A DNA stretch of 63,998 nt, filler included, from Choristocarpus tenellus KU-1152 (lineage: Eukaryota > Protista > Phaeophyceae): NCBI GenBank assembly GCA_964200185.2. It is 13 parts of 13 records of this genome, joined end to end, with 100 filler letters (N's around TTAATTAATTAA, not from the genome) between each part and the next. Parts side by side here need not be neighbours in the genome. Positions count along the whole stretch, not along the records: positions 6,686 to 12,260 come from CAXNAD020010374.1; positions 12,361 to 23,588 come from CAXNAD020002441.1; positions 23,689 to 28,697 come from CAXNAD020012179.1; 10 more parts are not named here. One strand, 5' to 3'. Shown one piece after another: positions 12,235-25,515 of the stretch (within the stretch, counting starts at the first letter, position 1; each line of letters begins with the position of its first letter). A model generated the notes under the pieces. That model saw only the letters and a program-made list of their open reading frames with translations. It did not search any database and was not told the origin of the DNA. The translations under genes were made by a program, and so were the position numbers.

Positions 12235-12913
12235 AATGAGGTTCCCAGTCAAGAGTCCATNNNNNNNNNNNNNNNNNNNNNNNNNNNNNNNNNNNNNNNN
12301 NNNNTTAATTAATTAANNNNNNNNNNNNNNNNNNNNNNNNNNNNNNNNNNNNNNNNNNNNATCTTTTGTAGATTTAAGCAGTATAGAAGTGTGTAAACGT
12401 TATCGAATTTCTATGCACAAAGTTATTTATATATATATATAGAGAGAGAGAGAAATCAACCCTCTCGGGTCGAACTTAGCACTTCATCCATAGACACATC
12501 GGTGAATTGAAAAAAGATTGAAAAGACTGGCTTATAATGCAAAACGATCAAAAAGCTCCAACTGTAATATGGACTATTCTGAGGTGCTTGCTTGTAGGGG
12601 GTCACTCTGAACAAGGGCTATGATGATCTGTCTATTGTAGCAGAGAAATTGCCTCTACCAGAGCACGGCATTGGAAGTACTGGTGGACAATTACAATGAC
12701 TACTGGAAGTTCAGCCTTACCGAGGGCAGAGGCGGATTGAGCATTCAAGCGTGTAGATTTAATGCCCGGGGGCATCTGGGGTCGTCCCTGCTCCAAAACT
12801 GGGTAGTAACATCTGGGCAAAAGAAGAACAGGAAATTGGACTGTGCTGATCATGGCAGCTTTTTTCTGTCTCTATTTCTTGGGATAGAGATTTTTGTGTT
12901 GGGTGTGGGATTG

Positions 12914-13110
12914 GAGCCAAATTATCTTAGATGTTAGAGTCGCATCCATTTGGGCGCCACAATCCAATGTTGCGATTTCGACATAATTTTGGCTATATCG
13001 TGTTTGTTAGGAAGAGTCAATGTCCTTGTTCCGGACACACGCCTTTTCATAATGTATACATTCTGCCCACTCCGAAACATTCTTTGGAGTAGTAGGATAA
13101 TGTCATTAAA
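12914..13110 (-). mobile_element. MITE family B, partial copy
   Basis: gagccaaattatcttagatg...catccatttgggcgcc...ttggagtagtaggataatgtcattaaaaaa aligns to the reverse complement of 54520-54759. Confidence 0.8.
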
Positions 13111-13354
13111 AAAAAACAACAACAACAACAACAAATTGACGTGGCTTAGAATGCGAGATGGCCAAAACCTGAGTACCTCACGCCTACTTTGGCTTAGTGC
13201 AGGGACTACATGGGGGGAGGGCAATTTATGTGTTTTTGTGTTCATGTGTGCATTTGTGTTTGGATTTGGGTTTGGGTTTGGGTTTGGGTAAATACTTGCT
13301 TACACTGTAGTGTAAAAGATAGGCACTGCGTCATCCTGCAACCTCTGTATTACT

Positions 13355-13542
13355 GACCCAAAGTATCTGGGGGAGGGGGGGGGGGGGGATCTACACCAGG
13401 GTATCCATTTGGACCATAACCTGGAAAAGTGCACTTACATTATCCATCCGACATATGCAACCAAATCACCCTAAAATCGTGACACAAAACAATTGGCCCC
13501 AAATGGATAGCCACCACCACCACCCCCCAGATGCTTTGAGTC
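13355..13542 (-). mobile_element. MITE family A, full copy, TSD TACT
   Basis: tact|GACCCAAAGTATCT-polyG ... cccccCAGATGCTTTGAGTC|tact. Confidence 0.93.
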
Positions 13543-14194
13543 TACTTGCAGGTGTAGGTTGAACAAGTACGCACATAGTTCGAGTTTGCCTTGTTTTGAA
13601 GGACATCAGAGAGACATGCAGGGCAAATAAGTCGGCAGAATCTCTTTAGCACAATCTACCATATGGGTCATTCCATTGTTGAAGGTACAATAGCACTCTT
13701 GTGTATCTCTATTGTCAGCTTGGGGAGCACTGAGCACAGAACCCGCTAGCCCTTTGCCAGTATGCCCAAACACCATAGGCAAAGTGTCCTAGAGTAGTGC
13801 ACGGAAATGCAGATGCCAAGCGTCATAGCTCTTAGCCCTCTATGTCCAAAATGGTGAAAATTAACCCTAACCCTAGGATAATTTGACTCTTTTGCCACAC
13901 CAAAAAAAATCAGAGGAGACAAGGTAGGATGACAAGCGTAGTCTAGTCTATAAATAGTGGGATGGGCTAGATAGCGGTAACACTGTCCCTAACCCCTAAC
14001 CCAGAATGTAGTCAATGGAACATGTTTGCCTGGTGATTTTTCCCACTCCTTCAAACCTGGGGCAGGAAGATGTTCAGTGCAAAGGCAATCCTATTAATGT
14101 TCGCCTTGATTGTTTTCCTGTGTGACACGGCAACAGAGGGATGCTGTTAACATGTCCCTATAGGTCGACATACCTAGTACTGGCATGGCCCTCC

Positions 14195-14219
14195 AACCCT
14201 AACCCTAACCCTAACCCTA
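14195..14219 (-). repeat. Interstitial telomeric repeat (CCCTAA)4
   Basis: aaccctaaccctaaccctaacccta. Shorter tracts near 13863, 13987 and 21522. Confidence 0.9.
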
Positions 14220-14407
14220 TCTCTAACTTTAACCCTGGCTATATCACAAAGAACGAGATTGATGTGCAACCCTCATCCCAGTGTCTAAGTGCGAACTGTA
14301 GACCATCCGGTTGGAGCAAACGGCTTCGCTCTTTGTGCACTATCCCCCTGCCTACTCCCCTGATCGTTTCTTTTGTCATTTTTTCCCCAATGACTTGGAC
14401 CCAAAAG

Positions 14408-17211
14408 ATAGTCCAGTTAAACAACAAGGCTGGGGCTACTGAACTGGCTTTGTCAGCAGGGTTGAAAGCAACAGAAGCTCAAGTAATGGAGGACTTGAAA
14501 AGAAGAGATCAGATCATCGGCGAGCTAGAGACTCGTGTGGCAGACCTTCAGGTAAGTGGCCGAAGTTTCCCTAGAGTTGTGAGATATTTCTGATACTTTT
14601 ACTTTGATTTGCTTAGCATTACGAAACGTTTGTGTCTAAGTGGTTGATAGGATTTGTTCCCTCTAGAAGTGTGTTCAACCCCAGCTTTAGTGCTATCAAA
14701 TTTCGGAAAACCTTTCGGACTCTACTTACAATGAAGTAAGAGAGAGGGGAAAAGGTGCTCCCAGTAGAATTCGTTCGTCCAGAGCATTGGGGGCACATTT
14801 GAATTCAATGCTATTAATGACTGAAAGTATCTGGGGGGGGGATGGCAGCTGTCCATCTGGGACCAGCTTTTTTATGTCACAATTTTTGGGTGATTTGGTT
14901 GATATGTTGTCATGAGTATATATTCTTGAGGAGCCTCTTATCTGAAATGCTTCAGGAGTAGACTCACAAGTATTACAAACACCTTACTTGTGCATGCATA
15001 GTTCTAGGACACCAGAGTCTTTCAGTTACAGCAAGGGTGGGGGGTGAATGATTTCACCTCTGGTGACTGCTTCACAAGTGCCTCAAGGAGAAGTTTTTAT
15101 TATTTTTTGCTTTACCATATCAAGCTCCCTATCCATGGCACTAGTTTTCAAGGAACTAAGGAACGTTTACATTGAAACACAGGCACACACAAACACACAA
15201 TGCTACAAATCCAAAATACATATACAACCGTTCTACTCTACTATTCATTTTCCTGCTGCAGGCTTTGACCAACAGTCATCCTACAACGATCAGTCAGACC
15301 TCACCGCCTCTCCTTCGTAGCTCTGAAGATGTCTACGTGGAGAGGGGCCAGGAAGCGCTCAATAGTACATCCATGGTGTGTGAGAAAGGTCTGCTGCCAA
15401 GTGGTACTGTACAAGGTCAGGGATGTGACAGGGAGAAAAGCGACGAAGTCATAGTTTCTGTACTACCACTGTTCACTGAGAAGCCAAATACACATTCCCA
15501 CCATAATGATGTTGACCATGAAGGAGGTATCTACAATGAGGACCAAGATCCAGTACAAGAATCAAGTCGGGAACCAGGGCAGGGCCCTCATAAAGTTCAG
15601 GTTTGGACTGAGACTCAGGCGCAGGCTCAGCTTCTTGATAGCACCTCCAGCCTTTCTCCAACAGATGTTGAAAGGCAGAAAAATATGGCTATTGTTGGGA
15701 GGATAGACCAGAATGGCAAGGGCAACAGGCAGGACAGGGACTCGGGTCGAAATTTTGATCAAGGCCACGATGACCACCTGCAAGATCAGCTTCAATCATC
15801 TGACTCTAATAAGGAATCCAAAGAAACCACCAACAGCTCTGCCCGTGAGATAGTCACAAAAGAGGGACCGGCGGCTAGTGAGAATTGGCGCATTGGAAGC
15901 AATTCTCACCCAGGGGTAGGCTCTCATGACAATGATACTAGCAATGTGAACGCCACAGCTCCTCCAGACTTGACTGTGTGGATTCCACCGATACACTCCA
16001 ACTCTCTGCCGAAGCCCAGCAGCAGAATACTCATATCGGATGCACAAAACAGTCCAAAGGGATTTGGTGGGCGCGACCAGGGGCATAGATCTGGGGAACC
16101 TCCAACCAACTTCAGTGCGATTGATTTGGGGATTGAGGGTTCTGCCATCAATCCAATCAATGGGGATTTAGGCGTCACCTTTCCCACGTACCCTGCAAAG
16201 AGAGTTAACAATGCGCAGGTGTTTCCTGCTGCAGCATCAGAAAAACTGTCAAGCCCCGCTACCATGGCTTCTAGAGTAAAAGGGGGAGTCATGGAGACTG
16301 CAGGGAAAGCTCATGGGCATGATGCTGTGATGCAAGATGTGAATCAGCAGGATGGCCAGAAGGGGAGGGATATCAGAAGCACCCGCAACCCTGTACGTTT
16401 TCAACCTACTGGGCCAGGGGATGATGATGCACAAGCATCTCAAGGAAGCACTAGTCAGCGTCATTGCCAGAACCGAGAAAGCATGGAGAGCTTGTATGGT
16501 GATAGTCAGGGCCGAAGTGAAACTGTAGGCATGACCAACGGTGAGAAAGTAAAAAAATCTTGCAAAGGTAATGAAGAGGCAGTTGAACGGGCTGTGGTGG
16601 TGGATGGCACTCATGCAGGAGGCGCTGCTGGCCTTGATGACCATCCTGAATATGAGGAAGGCGTTGGAGGGGTCAGACAAGATGCAGGAGAGGGAGGTGA
16701 GACTTGTGCTGGAGATAAAGAACCTGGAAAGCAGGCAACTGACGGTCTAACGAGGAAGCAGGAAAGTCGGCTGAGGGCCTTCCTAGATGGGGTGAGATGT
16801 CGTGTTTGTTGACTGGGTGTCTTGATCGCTTCTTGGCGTACCTAACTCTTGGGTGAATGAGTCGGTTTCATCAATATGAAAAAAAGCAGCAGCAGGCAGT
16901 CATTATGCACTAGCAGGCATGAATCAAATGAGTCTCCTCTTGATCATGATGTTGAGTTGAACAAAAATACCAGCAAAGTTCTCAAGGATAACAACAGTTT
17001 CATCTTTTCAACTTGGATCGATATTGGGGTTCAACTTGGTGGATCGCTTTGTGCAGAGAAAATAATTGAAAATTAATATTGTGTTACAATGTAATATATT
17101 GTGTAGGTGGATGAAACACAGGCCAATTTGGCCTTTGTAGCTCTCAAGAAGGAACCATTCCTCATGCAGGAGTTCGAGCACCTTGCCAGCAAGATACAAG
17201 AGATGCACAAG
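14408..17211 (+). CDS. Partial multi-exon gene: coiled-coil plus long low-complexity region, unknown function. Exons 14408-14551, 15262-16791, 17107-17211; further candidate exons near 19042-19182 and 22218-22350
   Basis: Three phase-0 exons (144, 1530 and 105 nt) with AG/GT borders (cag|gtaagt, ggg|gtgaga, aag|gtgagg) join into one open frame: IVQLNNKAG..ELETRVADLQ / ALTNSH..RLRAFLDG / VDETQANL..KIQEMHK. Confidence 0.75.
14819..14908 (+). mobile_element. MITE family A, left-half fragment (intronic)
   Basis: gactgaaagtatctggggggggatggcagctgtccatctggg...gggtgatttggtt. Confidence 0.8.
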
Positions 17212-17491
17212 GTGAGGGGTTGCGCCTCAAAGGTTGGAGTGTGGAGTGAACTCCTGCGTGCTGAGCCACTTGTCGCTCTGTTGGAATAGGTTACTTCTGT
17301 GATAGTTTTTTTATTGAGAGACATGGCAACTTTCAAAGTGAGAAGATTAAGATTGACGAAAGTCAACATTACACAATATGAAATGTTTGAGCAAATAGAT
17401 AGCCTGCATGTCACAGTAGACCAATGTGATGCATTTGCCCTGCCTGTTCAGCATTCCTTACGCTCTCAATGGTAGTAATGGCACTATGTTT

Positions 17492-17670
17492 GGGTCAAAG
17501 TATCTGGGGGGGGTATGGGTGGCTGTCCATTTGTGGCCCATTTTTCCTAGTTGCGATTCTTGGGTGATTTGGTTGCATGCGTCAAATGGATAATGTAAGT
17601 GCACTTTTCCTGGTCAAGGTCCAAATGGACACCCTGGTGTAGACACCCCCCCCCTCAGATACTTTGATCC
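17492..17670 (+). mobile_element. MITE family A, full-length copy (TSD degraded)
   Basis: gggtcaaagtatct-polyG ... polyC-tcagatactttgatcc, with the conserved internal ggtgatttggttgcat..ggataatgtaagtgcacttttcctg. Confidence 0.9.
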
Positions 17671-20454
17671 TTTCTTTGCATTGGTCTTGCTTGTTCCTCT
17701 TTGTTTCAACAAAAGGAGAAAATGTCAGAAAGACTCTTTCTCGCAAAATAAGATATTTGGTGTTATTATTAGTATTAGTCTTAGTTTAGTGACCAGTGCA
17801 GATATATGTACATATTAGAAATAATATTTCAAAGGACAAGTTTCATTCCGGAGGGAAACAAAATATACAGATGTTCATCCTCTGTTCTCAACCAGATTAT
17901 GGTACCTTTCTCAGAAAAGTAAGACCTGTTTGGATCCCTTAACCCGTACCCCATTTATTTTTCACCCCAAGAGTTAGTAGGTGTCGGGAGAGCTGCTGAA
18001 AAGCTACACCATGGAATTCATGAGCCGAAACAAGTGAAGGAATAGCAGCCCACCAACAACTCCCAATGTTGATCTGTCGTACAAGTCCTTACACATCCGC
18101 AGCTAAACTGCCAAATATAATTAACCACATTGTGGATGCTCTAAGACATAGGACCCCCGCACAACCAGTCCACCATTAAAGACAAACACCAACTGTTCCA
18201 ATGTTTCACTCAAACGTGCAGGCCATTGATGGCCCAGTACCGCGGTACCTCCCCCACAGTGAGCTGCGAGCATGGTTGCTGGATCTCAGTTCCCGGAGCG
18301 TACCCCTCCTGCGACGAGTCAGGGTGAGCAGTCACACGGCGGACGGGCTCTAGTCCTCCTTGTATTTTCTCCCGGTCCTTTGTTCGGCTTCACACAGCAG
18401 CAGGTCACAGTGGTGTTTTCGTATTTTTGAGATGGAACAATGCCAAGGTTGGCCCGGTCAATGTGTTGTTGCCATGGGTAGATGCATTCATATGTCCATA
18501 TGTGCCTAGCACTCTGGACGGCTAGTTTTCGCTTCCATTGACCAACGTTGGTATCCTCTTCTATAACCACAGCTTCCTGGTGGGGACTAGCTGCAATTTG
18601 GGCATGGGAATAGGGGTATCAGGCAGAAGATATCACTATCAGCTTATGCCCAAAGGGGCCTAAATCGACCCTCCCTCTAGGATACTATAATTAGCAGTGT
18701 TACACCTTATCCGTTGTAACTTATCCCTGGCATATGCGAGAGGTTCCTGAGTCATTACCGCATATCGTCAGAGGCGAGAAAGGATATGCTTATACTCTTT
18801 CTGCCAGGCGATACTTTTGCTTATCAAGCTGCAGGAGAATATAAAATCCTCTTTTATTCGGTATGAAACCGACCAAACTCGTAACTGTCCAGCCGACAAT
18901 CAAATTTTGTTTTCAGCTTTTGAATATGACCTACTAAGTTTGCAGCACTACCGCTCCAACCAACCGATTTTCTTTTTTTGCGTAAACAACAGTTAGCGTT
19001 GTTGCTCTATCCCGTCCCTTATTCTGGTGCGATGTCTGTAAGGCCCGTTATGGCCATCTACACCGAAGGTGGAGAACACAGACACTGGGGGTCCTCACAG
19101 GAAAGGGTCAGACGGGTGGCGATGCAGACCTGGCTATGACGTGCTCTCTTTGCGGATACGATTGGAGAAACTTACAGCCAAGGTGTGGAATTCTGGGGGT
19201 GTAAATATAAAGATCAATGTATAAAATGATATAGTCTCATTTGTCCATTCAATCCCACCTTCTCCTCTCAATTAGGGATGTGATCGTGAGTACTGGTCGA
19301 TTTGGCCTCAAGTCCAAATTCTTTGGGAGAATCAACAGTGTTATGTTTTTTTAAAATACGATGTAATGTATCAAAAGTTAATCGAAATACTTCATTGAAA
19401 CCGATGACATCGCTCTGATGTCATTGCTACCACTGCTCTACAACTCTAACCCTTACAACAACCCCCCACTTTCGGATTCGGACAGGAGCTTTAAGCCGAG
19501 AACTAGGTTAGAAGGTCAAATGCGACGAGGACACCTTGGGGGGAGGCAAGGTTTTGGAGAGAAAAACAAATATATCTTGCTAGGTCATGGCTCCGATATT
19601 TCTCCTGAGGAGACTGGCTCAGAGGTCTGCATTACACTCACTTTGTAATTTATGTGTATGCTTATGTATTCGTAGGTGGTACAAGAAAGCGCCCTCCCAT
19701 CTACCTTAGGGTCTTATACACATGTTGTGTGTCTATCTTCATATCCTTTAAAGATGCTTGAGATGTGTATTTCTTGTTGGGATGTGAGCCCTCTTGATAG
19801 AGAACGGTTTCTGAGCCGTTCTAGAATGCTTCACTACTTTGACACTATGGAGTACAACAATATATACATATGTGCAGTATATGCTAGCCCCTCTAGGGGA
19901 AGATATATTGTACATGATGTCCTGAGGCAGCATCTCTTCCTCATATTATGTAGTGCATGATCAGTGCTCAGAACCTGAAGCCTCTCCACTCACTTCACCG
20001 CTTCACCACCCACAATCCACAAAGAAATATATCCTGACAAATATAGTCGAACAAGGGGACTAAGTCGAAATTTTGTAAGCAGTAGTGGGCAGACAAGCTC
20101 CTGAGCTGTGGAACACCACGTACAGAGAGAAATAGCATAGGCAAGGTGGTGGGTAGTCCGGCAAGTGTTATGCAAAGAATTTGCTGGGCAATTGGTTACA
20201 ACATGTTTGTGAACAAACAATGGCAGGGGACATAAGTTTGCAGGAGGAAAGGGGTGATAAGTTATCTCAACGTGTGATGACTTTGTACTCTAGAGTAAGT
20301 ACATTACAGAGTATGGTAAAGCATGTGCAAATTGAAATATTCTCATTCATTTTCGTATGTTCTTGGTGAGCATGACTAGGGGGGATGAATCAAAGGCAGT
20401 CCCCACACTCGGGGTTCCTCACTTTATCACCCTGTCTTGAGTTGTATACATCAA

Positions 20455-20660
20455 GAGGTCCCCAGGTTTTGCCGTTTTGCATCTTAAGCCACTTTTCTCA
20501 TCTATTGGAATTTCGCCCTTATTTGTACGGATGAAGTTCTAAGATTGTTCTTGAGAACGTCAATCTCTCTATTGTTCGAAAAAATTCGACAAATCGAAGA
20601 AAATTCCTTTTACGCATTTGTAGAAAGAGTCGGGTTTTTTTTTTCGCATATTTATCAGCA
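20455..20660 (-). mobile_element. Repeat/MITE family D copy
   Basis: Aligns to the reverse complement of 37077-37285 (cttaagccacttt..gacttgagag..gcatattt.tcagcat). Confidence 0.65.
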
Positions 20661-20849
20661 TATTAAAATGCAACGTCGGGTTTACTTCGACTTTGCCGCT
20701 ACATGTGCTTTGAGTCTTGCTAAGACCAACGACACCAGACCGAAAGAACTCTCCACATTTGTTAGAAGGACAGCGTTGGATTACATCATAATGGGCCCTG
20801 CGTATCAAGGATTATCACAGTGATATTCTAAAGTGACGATGTTGAAGGG

Positions 20850-21180
20850 GGGCAAGAAGGGAATATATACTAAGCAGGGTACTGATCCAGGTGACTACAA
20901 AGGGTATTCTACAATGGTAAACATACCTTTTTCGTGTCACCTGCCCAAAATCACGCTCTCACAGTTGCTTGTGTCTGGATCGTACTGGGCCGCACAACAG
21001 TTGGGCTTGGAACACCTTATTACTCCGGAAGGCAAGGCATAAAAAAATACAACGGCGCTTAGAAACACATGTGCTTGCATGTATTGGTATACGGCAGAGT
21101 TATACCGGGTACACTAGAGGACAGCACTGCACAAGTGTTCCAAGAGTACGAAGCAGATTACCCCCATCTTGATTCAAAGG
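20850..21180 (+). mobile_element. LINE reverse transcriptase fragment (degenerate)
   Basis: TDPGDYKG (DPxNYRG) followed by LACIGIRQSY (xFxDIRKAY) across frameshifts. Confidence 0.5.
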
Positions 21181-22899
21181 AAAACTATAGATGCCTTCGG
21201 TATGTTAGTTGCTCACCAAATGAAGTAAAGCATCACATATAGGGGTGATGGTGCAGGGTGGGTGGGTGAATGGAACACCATAATTTCCGCTACCACATGC
21301 GAATGTGCCTCGCAGTTTCAACATTGATATGGTTTAGGGGATTAGGATTAGGGGTGAGCGCATCTGATCGGTTGTATGCAACAGAGACAAGGTGAGTCTG
21401 TTGGTGCGTGCATTGTTGTTTTCTTGGGAGGGCTAGCCCCTCCACATCATTATTCTTTTAATATCAAGAGTCTTAGCATGACTCTTTGCGTGCTGCTGCA
21501 AAGTCGACAGTATACTTAATACCTAACCCTAACCCTAGCCCAAATCCCCACCGCTGCTACCGCCCGATGTCCTTCCCTGTGATACTTGACTTGCCTCCAG
21601 GGGCGCAGTAAGACCCTGCACGATCTCTCCCATCCTTCACAAGGCAATGGGGTATATGTTCCGCAGGAGATCGCTATGAAGCACTCTGCATCAGGTCCCG
21701 TAGGAACGACAAATTCCACATCACTCCTGGACCTTGATCATAACTTGCTGGGATGAGGGGCGATATCTCTCACTTAACTTAGTAGTGGCACCTTAACATG
21801 ACTTTGTATGTGGAATTAGTCTGCAAGTAGTAAAAGGTTTCTGGTGCTCTGGGAGCACACGGGAGGAGACAAACATTCTCGATAAGGTGGTCTTTGGAGA
21901 CTCTAAATCGTTTATACCAATAGTAGTTTGGCTATGTTTCGAACTTGTTGCCAGCAAATCATTGCTGTTCCCCTCCTGCTTTGGTTTAGACACGGTATCC
22001 AGCGTCCAGCAAAGCTGTTGTTTTATCACTGCTACTCAATTGGGGACAATTGACATACCAGTATGCCTCCTTGTTGATTTCAATGCAGCCTTCGAGTCAG
22101 GTTCACCTGTTCGCCTCTTGTTATGACGACATGGACAGCATGCATGCATGCCAACACACACACTGCTCACACACACTACACATGTATGTATTTTCTTGTG
22201 TTCCTTGTTCGATATAGTCGTGGAGGTCCTGATTCAAGAGTCGAAGTGGCCCTAGATTTGAAATACAGATACGAAACAGCCATGCAGTACCACCCTAGGA
22301 ACAAGCTGTTGCAACCAATTTTATTTTCAATCTTGAGGGGAGAGCTTTGAAGTGTACATGCACGGGATACCTTTCTAGGAGGTTTAAGGAGCTCTTTCTC
22401 TCTCTCTCTCTCTCTGCTCGATAAATTATCCTGAGGACTCTATTCTTCCCTTACAGTTTGCCGGGGATCACTTTGTTCTGCCATTCTTTCCAAAGCCTGA
22501 TCCACTCTCACACTCCCTGTATGATATCAACCTCTGTGTAGATGATTCCTCCCTTGTTTCTAAACTGCCTTCACAGTGCTTTGTGCTTCCATAATACTCC
22601 AGTGCATTTTGTTTATGCCCACTGATGTTCTGGAGATGTTTTCAAGGGAGGGACATATAATGATGAACCAAACCAATCGAGAGGTAGGCAGGTTTGGACC
22701 CTTTCGCATTCTAAGCAATCTTTCTTACCGTGTACACTACACTTTATTTCATCGCTTTATGCGCACAATAGTGTACCTGAAAATGATTCCCCACCTGTCC
22801 ATACACAAAGTGACACCACTATTACTCAGCAAAGGCTCTTTCTGCGATCATTCAAAATTACGTCATTTTCCCTCTCTCAAGCATCTGAAAATGAGACCC

Positions 22900-23588
22900 T
22901 GCCAACGTATCTATTAATTTGACTCTGACAGTAAGGACAACCACTGTAACAGGAGGTGGTGCAGGATGGGGCTATGACAGAGGTAGATGAAGGCAGTAGA
23001 CAGGACGGTGGAAACAGTGTGGGTGGAGGGTTGGGGAATGGTGGCATCTCCTTGGGTGACAAGGACCCAGTGGTGGCCTATCAATATTGTTTTCTGAACG
23101 AGAGGCACTCGGGTGTTCCCAACCCCAACAATAGCGAGACCTATGTCAGCCGTTGTGTTCAGGGATGGAGGATCAGCCGACAATGCTTAGAGGACCCAAG
23201 CAGAACTTTTTGTTGGGAACGGTCAGAGAGGGGCTGTAGGATGGTGATGTTTTTTTCTGAGGACTGGAAACAATATTTCCAGGGTAAATGCATCAACACC
23301 CAGATATCGCCGGGATCCACTGGCCTGCCATCCAGGAGCTTAATCTTCGTCCACCCCAACACCATTGCCCAACTGTTGCAGATCATTGCCCTAACTCTCT
23401 CGTCCAGTTGATGAATCCCATCCTACCTTTGCCCTGTCCACACACCCTTCACCGGGATGGACTGTATGGTGCCTCTCAAATGGCCGGAGTCAGAGAAGAC
23501 AGGGAGGGGTAAGGGGGAGAAGGGGGCATGGTCCATGAGGACGAGGGGGGGGGGCAGCAGGAGTGGGAAGGCTCAATCCAACAGACTG
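22900..23588 (-). mobile_element. Degenerate non-LTR retroelement RT-like fragment
   Basis: Minus-strand VTQGDATIP resembles the RT xQGDxxSP motif. Multiple frameshifts. Confidence 0.35.
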
Positions 23589-23688
23589 NNNNNNNNNNNN
23601 NNNNNNNNNNNNNNNNNNNNNNNNNNNNNNNNTTAATTAATTAANNNNNNNNNNNNNNNNNNNNNNNNNNNNNNNNNNNNNNNNNNNN

Positions 23689-23770
23689 GTCAAAGTATCT
23701 GGGGGGTGGTGGTGGTTAGTGAAGGGGCGTCCGTTCACTAACCACCACCACCCCACAGATACTTTGACCC
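23689..23770. mobile_element. Miniature foldback derivative of the family A/B termini (~82-nt hairpin)
   Basis: gtcaaagtatctggggggtggtggtggttagtgaa and ttcactaaccaccaccaccccacagatactttgac are 35-bp inverted arms with one mismatch. Confidence 0.85.
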
Positions 23771-25251
23771 ACTTATGGCACAGAGGAAGTAGAAAATACG
23801 ATGCATTCAACCTGTTGTAAAAGGTTTCACTTTCTCCCTCGCCCTCTTAGTATCAATAGTGCCATTACTAGCAGTCTGGTTAGAGTATCAAATATTGTAT
23901 AGTGGAAAATAATATTTGCTGCAGAGTATTATTTAAGGCACCATATGTTTGGGTTGCCAAACGGGAAATAATGTTTCTCCAAAAATGTCAGTGGTGACAA
24001 CAACCCGTGAGCGGAATGAAGAGACTGTTTGGGATATACCTCCCTGAAGCATGGCGACTCTCTTGCACCAGAATGGATAATAGTCCATCGTCCTGTATTG
24101 AACTAGACCAATATAATCGATCTGTTCATTTGATAACAAACAATTTTATTCATAGGAGAGGATGGTTGGATATTCTTGTGTTCATTCAAAACTATAGTCA
24201 AGCGCAAACCCATTCAATATTGTTAAAATTCTAAAATGGGAATGTGCACTTGTTCAAATTTTTCAGAAATTTGGATATCAACAAGCGGAAAAGAGCATTA
24301 TTATTCCCGACACATGAGCAAATTTCAAATTGATCAATTCCAATTTCTATTCTGTGAGTGAAAGAATCACCCTTGTATTATTGGATTCATCATCATCCAG
24401 TACTGGGATACCAACCAGTCCTGGTGTACCAAATAGCAAGACATCCTCTCTTCTCGAATTAACAAACCTACACCAAGAATAATAAATTTCTTTCCTTTCA
24501 GAATATACCTCTATCTACAACAACCTACCTAATGATGCGGTGTAGTACTGGTACTCAAGGCTGCCCCCATACTATCGTCTCACAAGTGCATCAACTGACC
24601 GGCTATATATATGTGTACTTTACGTAACTTAATACCCAGTATGTGCTTCATACATATCTATCTACTTTCATCTATCTATGCTTAAGTGCCTCCACACATC
24701 AGATTCATGGTATCAATCCCACCCCTTCTCTCCTACTATATCACCTCAGGATGACTGGAGTGCCATAGCAATGCAGTGTACTCTATCGTGCTAAACCACA
24801 AGACAGTGGTACAGAGGAAACACAATGCCACCCTGTGCACTATGATCTCATCATGCTGCATGTTACGGTAAGATCGCACAACAGATATTTAGCATGCCCA
24901 TCACTGTTGTGAAATGGTCGTTCTTCGACTACACCAGTGGAAGGACTGCATGGGTCGCATTGGGTCCATAATTCATCCCATTTCCAAGGGCCTCTTGCCC
25001 CACCACCTACATTTAGACCTGAGATCCAGCTAATCGATGTGCATCCAATATCTTTGTTGAGACCTGCGCCAAAACGTTGGAGGGAGGAGAGTCCCACCTC
25101 CACACGATCTAAGTCTACAACTGCAAATTCTCAGAGCATCACAACTGACAGGAACCAAGAGATCCAAGTGAGTGCAGTCACCAAACTGGACAAACTACCA
25201 TCCCATAAAGACCGTTAGAAACTCTCCAGTAGCAGTCCATAATGTCGTCTT

Positions 25252-25504
25252 AACGAGACTTCCAATGAAGAAGCGGTTAGTAGCGTTGGATTCCTTGGTG
25301 TTTTGGCATTAAAACAATTACTCGTCACTCTCGTTCTCTCCCTCAACCCATCAAGTTGTGGCCGCATTGTACGCGTCTCTGTCAGTGGATATCAAGTGAT
25401 CCAGAACTCCATCAGGAGAAAATGAGAGTGACGAGGAATTAGTTTAATACAAGAACGCCAAAGAATCCAACACAACTAACCGCTTCTTCATAGGCGATCT
25501 CGTG
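25252..25504. mobile_element. MITE family C with ~85-bp imperfect TIRs
   Basis: acgagacttccaatgaagaagcggttagtagcgttggattcc..ctcgtcactctc is inverted at gagagtgacgag..gaatccaacacaactaaccgcttcttcataggcgatctcgtg. Confidence 0.8.
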
Positions 25505-25515
25505 CCGCTTAACCG

